A stretch of 36,685 nt of DNA, taken from IMG/VR virus record IMGVR_UViG_3300017700_000281, positions 1-36,685 of that record, one strand, 5' to 3'. The translations under genes were made by a program, and so were the position numbers. The stretch comes from a virus. Its lineage: Duplodnaviria > Caudoviricetes. Position 1 is the first letter of the stretch, and each line of letters begins with the position of its first letter. Positions 34,318 to 36,685 of this stretch are shown here, piece after piece. The notes beneath the pieces were generated by a model. That model was not told where the DNA came from and made no database searches. It saw only the letters and a program-made list of their open reading frames with translations.

Positions 34318-34842
34318 ATGCTCGGCAACTTCAACGCCTGTTACGACGCGTCACGCATTAGCGAAGGCGGTTACGTCAATCACCCGGCAGACAACGGCGG
34401 GCCAACGAACTTCGGCGTAACCCAAATGAGTTACAACAGGTACAGACGCAGGGAAGGCAAGCCCCTTCGCGACGTGCGACAGATTGAACAAGCCGAAGTG
34501 CGTACAATCTATCAAGTTGACTTTTGGGACGAGTGCAACGCCGATCACTACCCCAAGGGCCTTGACTTCGCTGTATTTGACTTCGCCTTGAACAGCGGCC
34601 CGTCACGGGCGGTCAAGTACCTGCAAAAGACTGTCAACGCCAAAGCTGACGGGAAACCTGGCCCGCTCACAATCAAGGCTGTACAGGAACATGTTGCGAA
34701 GTTCGGCGTACATGAGACTATCAACGACGTGTGCGACGTTCGGTTGCAGTACATGCGAACCCTTGACGATTGGCCGGTATTCGGTAAGGGATGGACGAAC
34801 CGGGTTGACGACGCGCGAGCGACGGCCCTTGCAATGGCATAG
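34318..34842 (+). CDS. Endolysin, glycoside hydrolase family 108 with PG-binding domain
   Basis: EGGYVNHPADNGGPTNFGVT, FDFALNSG and FGKGWTNRV; SD GAGGGG. Confidence 0.95.
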   Translation: MLGNFNACYDASRISEGGYVNHPADNGGPTNFGVTQMSYNRYRRREGKPLRDVRQIEQAEVRTIYQVDFWDECNADHYPKGLDFAVFDFALNSGPSRAVKYLQKTVNAKADGKPGPLTIKAVQEHVAKFGVHETINDVCDVRLQYMRTLDDWPVFGKGWTNRVDDARATALAMA

Positions 34843-34878
34843 CGCGGCCCTAGATGGCGCTCTAAGGGGTTTGTGGGC

Positions 34879-35076
34879 ATGGATCAGGCAACCGCAGGGT
34901 TCGTTGAGAGTTTACTAGGGGCGGGCCTGCCTGGCGCTGCTATTCTAGGGCTTTGCCTTGCCCTCTGGAAAGTTCACGGGCTCTATGTTAAGGCTCAAGA
35001 CGCCCGCATACTTGAGGGTATCGCTTGTGTTGAAAAGCTGTCGCAAGCAATCGCGACGCTTGACAAGTTCCGCTAA
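34879..35076 (+). CDS. Putative holin (single TM)
   Basis: 65 aa; hydrophobic LLGAGLPGAAILGLCLALW; directly after the endolysin. Confidence 0.6.
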   Translation: MDQATAGFVESLLGAGLPGAAILGLCLALWKVHGLYVKAQDARILEGIACVEKLSQAIATLDKFR

Positions 35077-35091
35077 ACAGGACTGCTTGAC

Positions 35092-35316
35092 ATGGCCGGT
35101 TTGCTTTCAGTCGTAAACAAGTCTGCGTATGGTACGCGCGCCCAACAAGCGGCGCTTGTGAAGACAGTAGAGTTAGACGCCCAAGCCAAACGCGAAGAAC
35201 TTGACAGGCTGCTTGCCTGTATCAATGGCGAGAACACCGATTGCTTGAAGTGCATTCGGGCGCAATACTGCGAACGCCGCAAACGGAAGGTCAACGTTCG
35301 TGTCGTCATCGGTTAA
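35092..35316 (+). CDS. Hypothetical protein in the lysis cassette
   Basis: 74 aa; SD AGGA; Cys-rich, basic C-terminus. Confidence 0.55.
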   Translation: MAGLLSVVNKSAYGTRAQQAALVKTVELDAQAKREELDRLLACINGENTDCLKCIRAQYCERRKRKVNVRVVIG

Positions 35317-35677
35317 GCTATGGATTGCGGGCGGTGTCGCGCTGTTGCTGGCGCTCGCATACTGGCATTACACAACCGTTGTCGCTGACCTGAAGTTGAG
35401 CCGGTCGCAGTACGAAACGCTGCAACAGGAAGCCGCCAACCTTCGCGGCGCGAACAAAGCCAACGCCGAAACAATCGCCAGGCTTGAAGCGAACAGAAAG
35501 CTTGACCTTGCCGCAATCGACCGGCTTACTGTAGCGGTCGGGGCCGTCGCTGCAAAAGCTGACCGTACCCGTACGATCATTCGGGAGATTGCCGCCAATG
35601 AACCGGCTGTTGCTGACCTGCTTACTACCCCTCTGCCTGACAGCTTGCGCGACGCCCTCAACGCCCCCAATCGTTGA
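35300..35677 (+). CDS. Inner-membrane spanin (Rz-like)
   Basis: N-terminal TM, coiled coil, C-terminal TPLPDSLR. Confidence 0.85.
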   Translation: MSSSVKLWIAGGVALLLALAYWHYTTVVADLKLSRSQYETLQQEAANLRGANKANAETIARLEANRKLDLAAIDRLTVAVGAVAAKADRTRTIIREIAANEPAVADLLTTPLPDSLRDALNAPNR

Positions 35678-35855
35678 GTTTCGCGACGTTCGGGTTGTCC
35701 CCCCGGCTGACATGGTCGCGCCCTGTCCCGTCTCGCAAACCCCGCTGTACGACGTTGGCGACGTGATTGACGAGCTAACAGACACCCGCGAACAACGGGA
35801 CGTGTGCGCCGCGAAAGTTGACGCGTTGCGCGAATGGTCAAACCGCGCTAACTAA
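35598..35855 (+). CDS. Outer-membrane spanin lipoprotein (Rz1-like), overlapping Rz
   Basis: MNRLLLTCLLPLCLTA-C lipobox; Pro-rich; C...VDALREW end; SD GGGAG. Confidence 0.88.
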   Translation: MNRLLLTCLLPLCLTACATPSTPPIVEFRDVRVVPPADMVAPCPVSQTPLYDVGDVIDELTDTREQRDVCAAKVDALREWSNRAN

Positions 35856-35859
35856 CAGT

Positions 35860-36348
35860 ATGACCGCTTGGCCGTCCGTCGTATTTCGGCCCGATGAAGA
35901 CCGGGCCGCGCTTCGCGACAAGTTCGCGAGGTTGTGGGCTCGCAACCCCGAACAGACGGCAACATGGGCGGGTCTAGAGACATTCAAGGGCCTGCCTGAC
36001 GCGGTCGCACGCGGGGGCCTGGCCGGTTCGCAATGGCAATTTGACAGTGAGGTAATCGCACTTCGCGACCAATACCGTTACGAAGGTGACGACGATTACG
36101 GCGCTATCACTACCAAAGAACAGTTGCAGCGTGCATACGTTGCACTGTACCGCAACAAGACTATGAACTTTCAAGAGAAGAAAGCGCACAAAGACATTTT
36201 AGACAGTATCGGCAAACTCAACGGTTTGCTGACTGACACGCCGCCCCCTGAAAAGCCCGCCGGAAACGGACTGCCGGTCTATAACATTATGAAGTACACC
36301 GATGACAGCCCCGGCGACGGACATACTGCTAACAGGGCCGCAGTTTGA
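35860..36348 (+). CDS. terS: Terminase small subunit (probable)
   Basis: 162 aa helical protein overlapping the TerL start; called from position. Confidence 0.65.
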   Translation: MTAWPSVVFRPDEDRAALRDKFARLWARNPEQTATWAGLETFKGLPDAVARGGLAGSQWQFDSEVIALRDQYRYEGDDDYGAITTKEQLQRAYVALYRNKTMNFQEKKAHKDILDSIGKLNGLLTDTPPPEKPAGNGLPVYNIMKYTDDSPGDGHTANRAAV

Positions 36349-36685
36349 CCTAGTCGCCACCAAAGCGCAATTTCCGGCGTTCGTTGGGGGACTAGGTAGC
36401 GGCAAGACAAAGGCGCTGATTACGCGCCTGAAAATACTTAAGTGCATGTACCCTATGGGGAACATTGCATATTACTTGCCCACATACGACCTTGTGAATA
36501 CAATTGCCTTCCCGCGTTGGGAGGAAGAACTTTCAGCCGACAACATACCGTACAAAACGGTCAAGTCTAACACGCCCATGATACGCGTTGAAGGCGCGGG
36601 CGAAATTATCATGCGGACAATGGACAGGCCCGCGCGTATCGTCGGTTACGAGGTTATGCACTCGGGCGTTGACGAACTCGACACG
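36302..36685 (+). CDS. terL: Terminase large subunit, N-terminal ATPase part (truncated by window edge)
   Basis: MTAPATDILLTGPQ...FVGGLGSGKT (Walker A), YLPTY, IVGYE...GVDELDT (Walker B); missing from the ORF track because it has no stop in the window. Confidence 0.92.
   Translation, partial: MTAPATDILLTGPQFDLVATKAQFPAFVGGLGSGKTKALITRLKILKCMYPMGNIAYYLPTYDLVNTIAFPRWEEELSADNIPYKTVKSNTPMIRVEGAGEIIMRTMDRPARIVGYEVMHSGVDELDT

Noticed and set aside
34879-35316. Stop-codon readthrough joining the holin to the next in-frame ORF
   Set aside because: Same frame, but the stop is TAA and the downstream ORF has its own SD (AGGA) and ATG.

Overview
The window is most of a lytic-looking, GC-rich siphophage genome whose gene order resembles the Pseudomonas phage 73 / Burkholderia phage KL1 group (recognised from gene order and motifs, not from a database search). 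Layout: (+) tail module 1-14560 (tail terminator end, major tail protein, frameshifted chaperones, tape measure, tail-tip proteins); (-) replication/recombination module 14721-23271 (family A DNA polymerase, beta-clamp-like protein, SF2 helicase, AP2 protein, Cas4-like nuclease, SSB, Sak4-like ATPase); (+) HTH, primase-helicase and a glycosylase-like gene; an AT-rich repeat region at about 26840-27080 (likely origin); a string of small early/accessory genes with a Dcm-like methylase, MazG and VRR-NUC; then lysis genes (GH108 endolysin, holin, spanins) and terminase (TerL runs off the right edge). Head genes lie outside the window. I saw no integrase, tRNA or CRISPR array. Best leads: (1) the SSB gene ends in TGG GGG CGA TAA, a phage Mu-type -2 slippery site, and the shifted frame adds 36 aa ending in the bacterial SSB tip DIPF just before the terminator; (2) a glycosylase-like gene coupled to the primase carries a beta-clamp-binding-like motif QYDMF; (3) GANTC (CcrM site) appears only once by eye in 36.7 kb, suggesting an alphaproteobacterial host; (4) a distal-tail-like protein carries six tandem ~135-aa modules.
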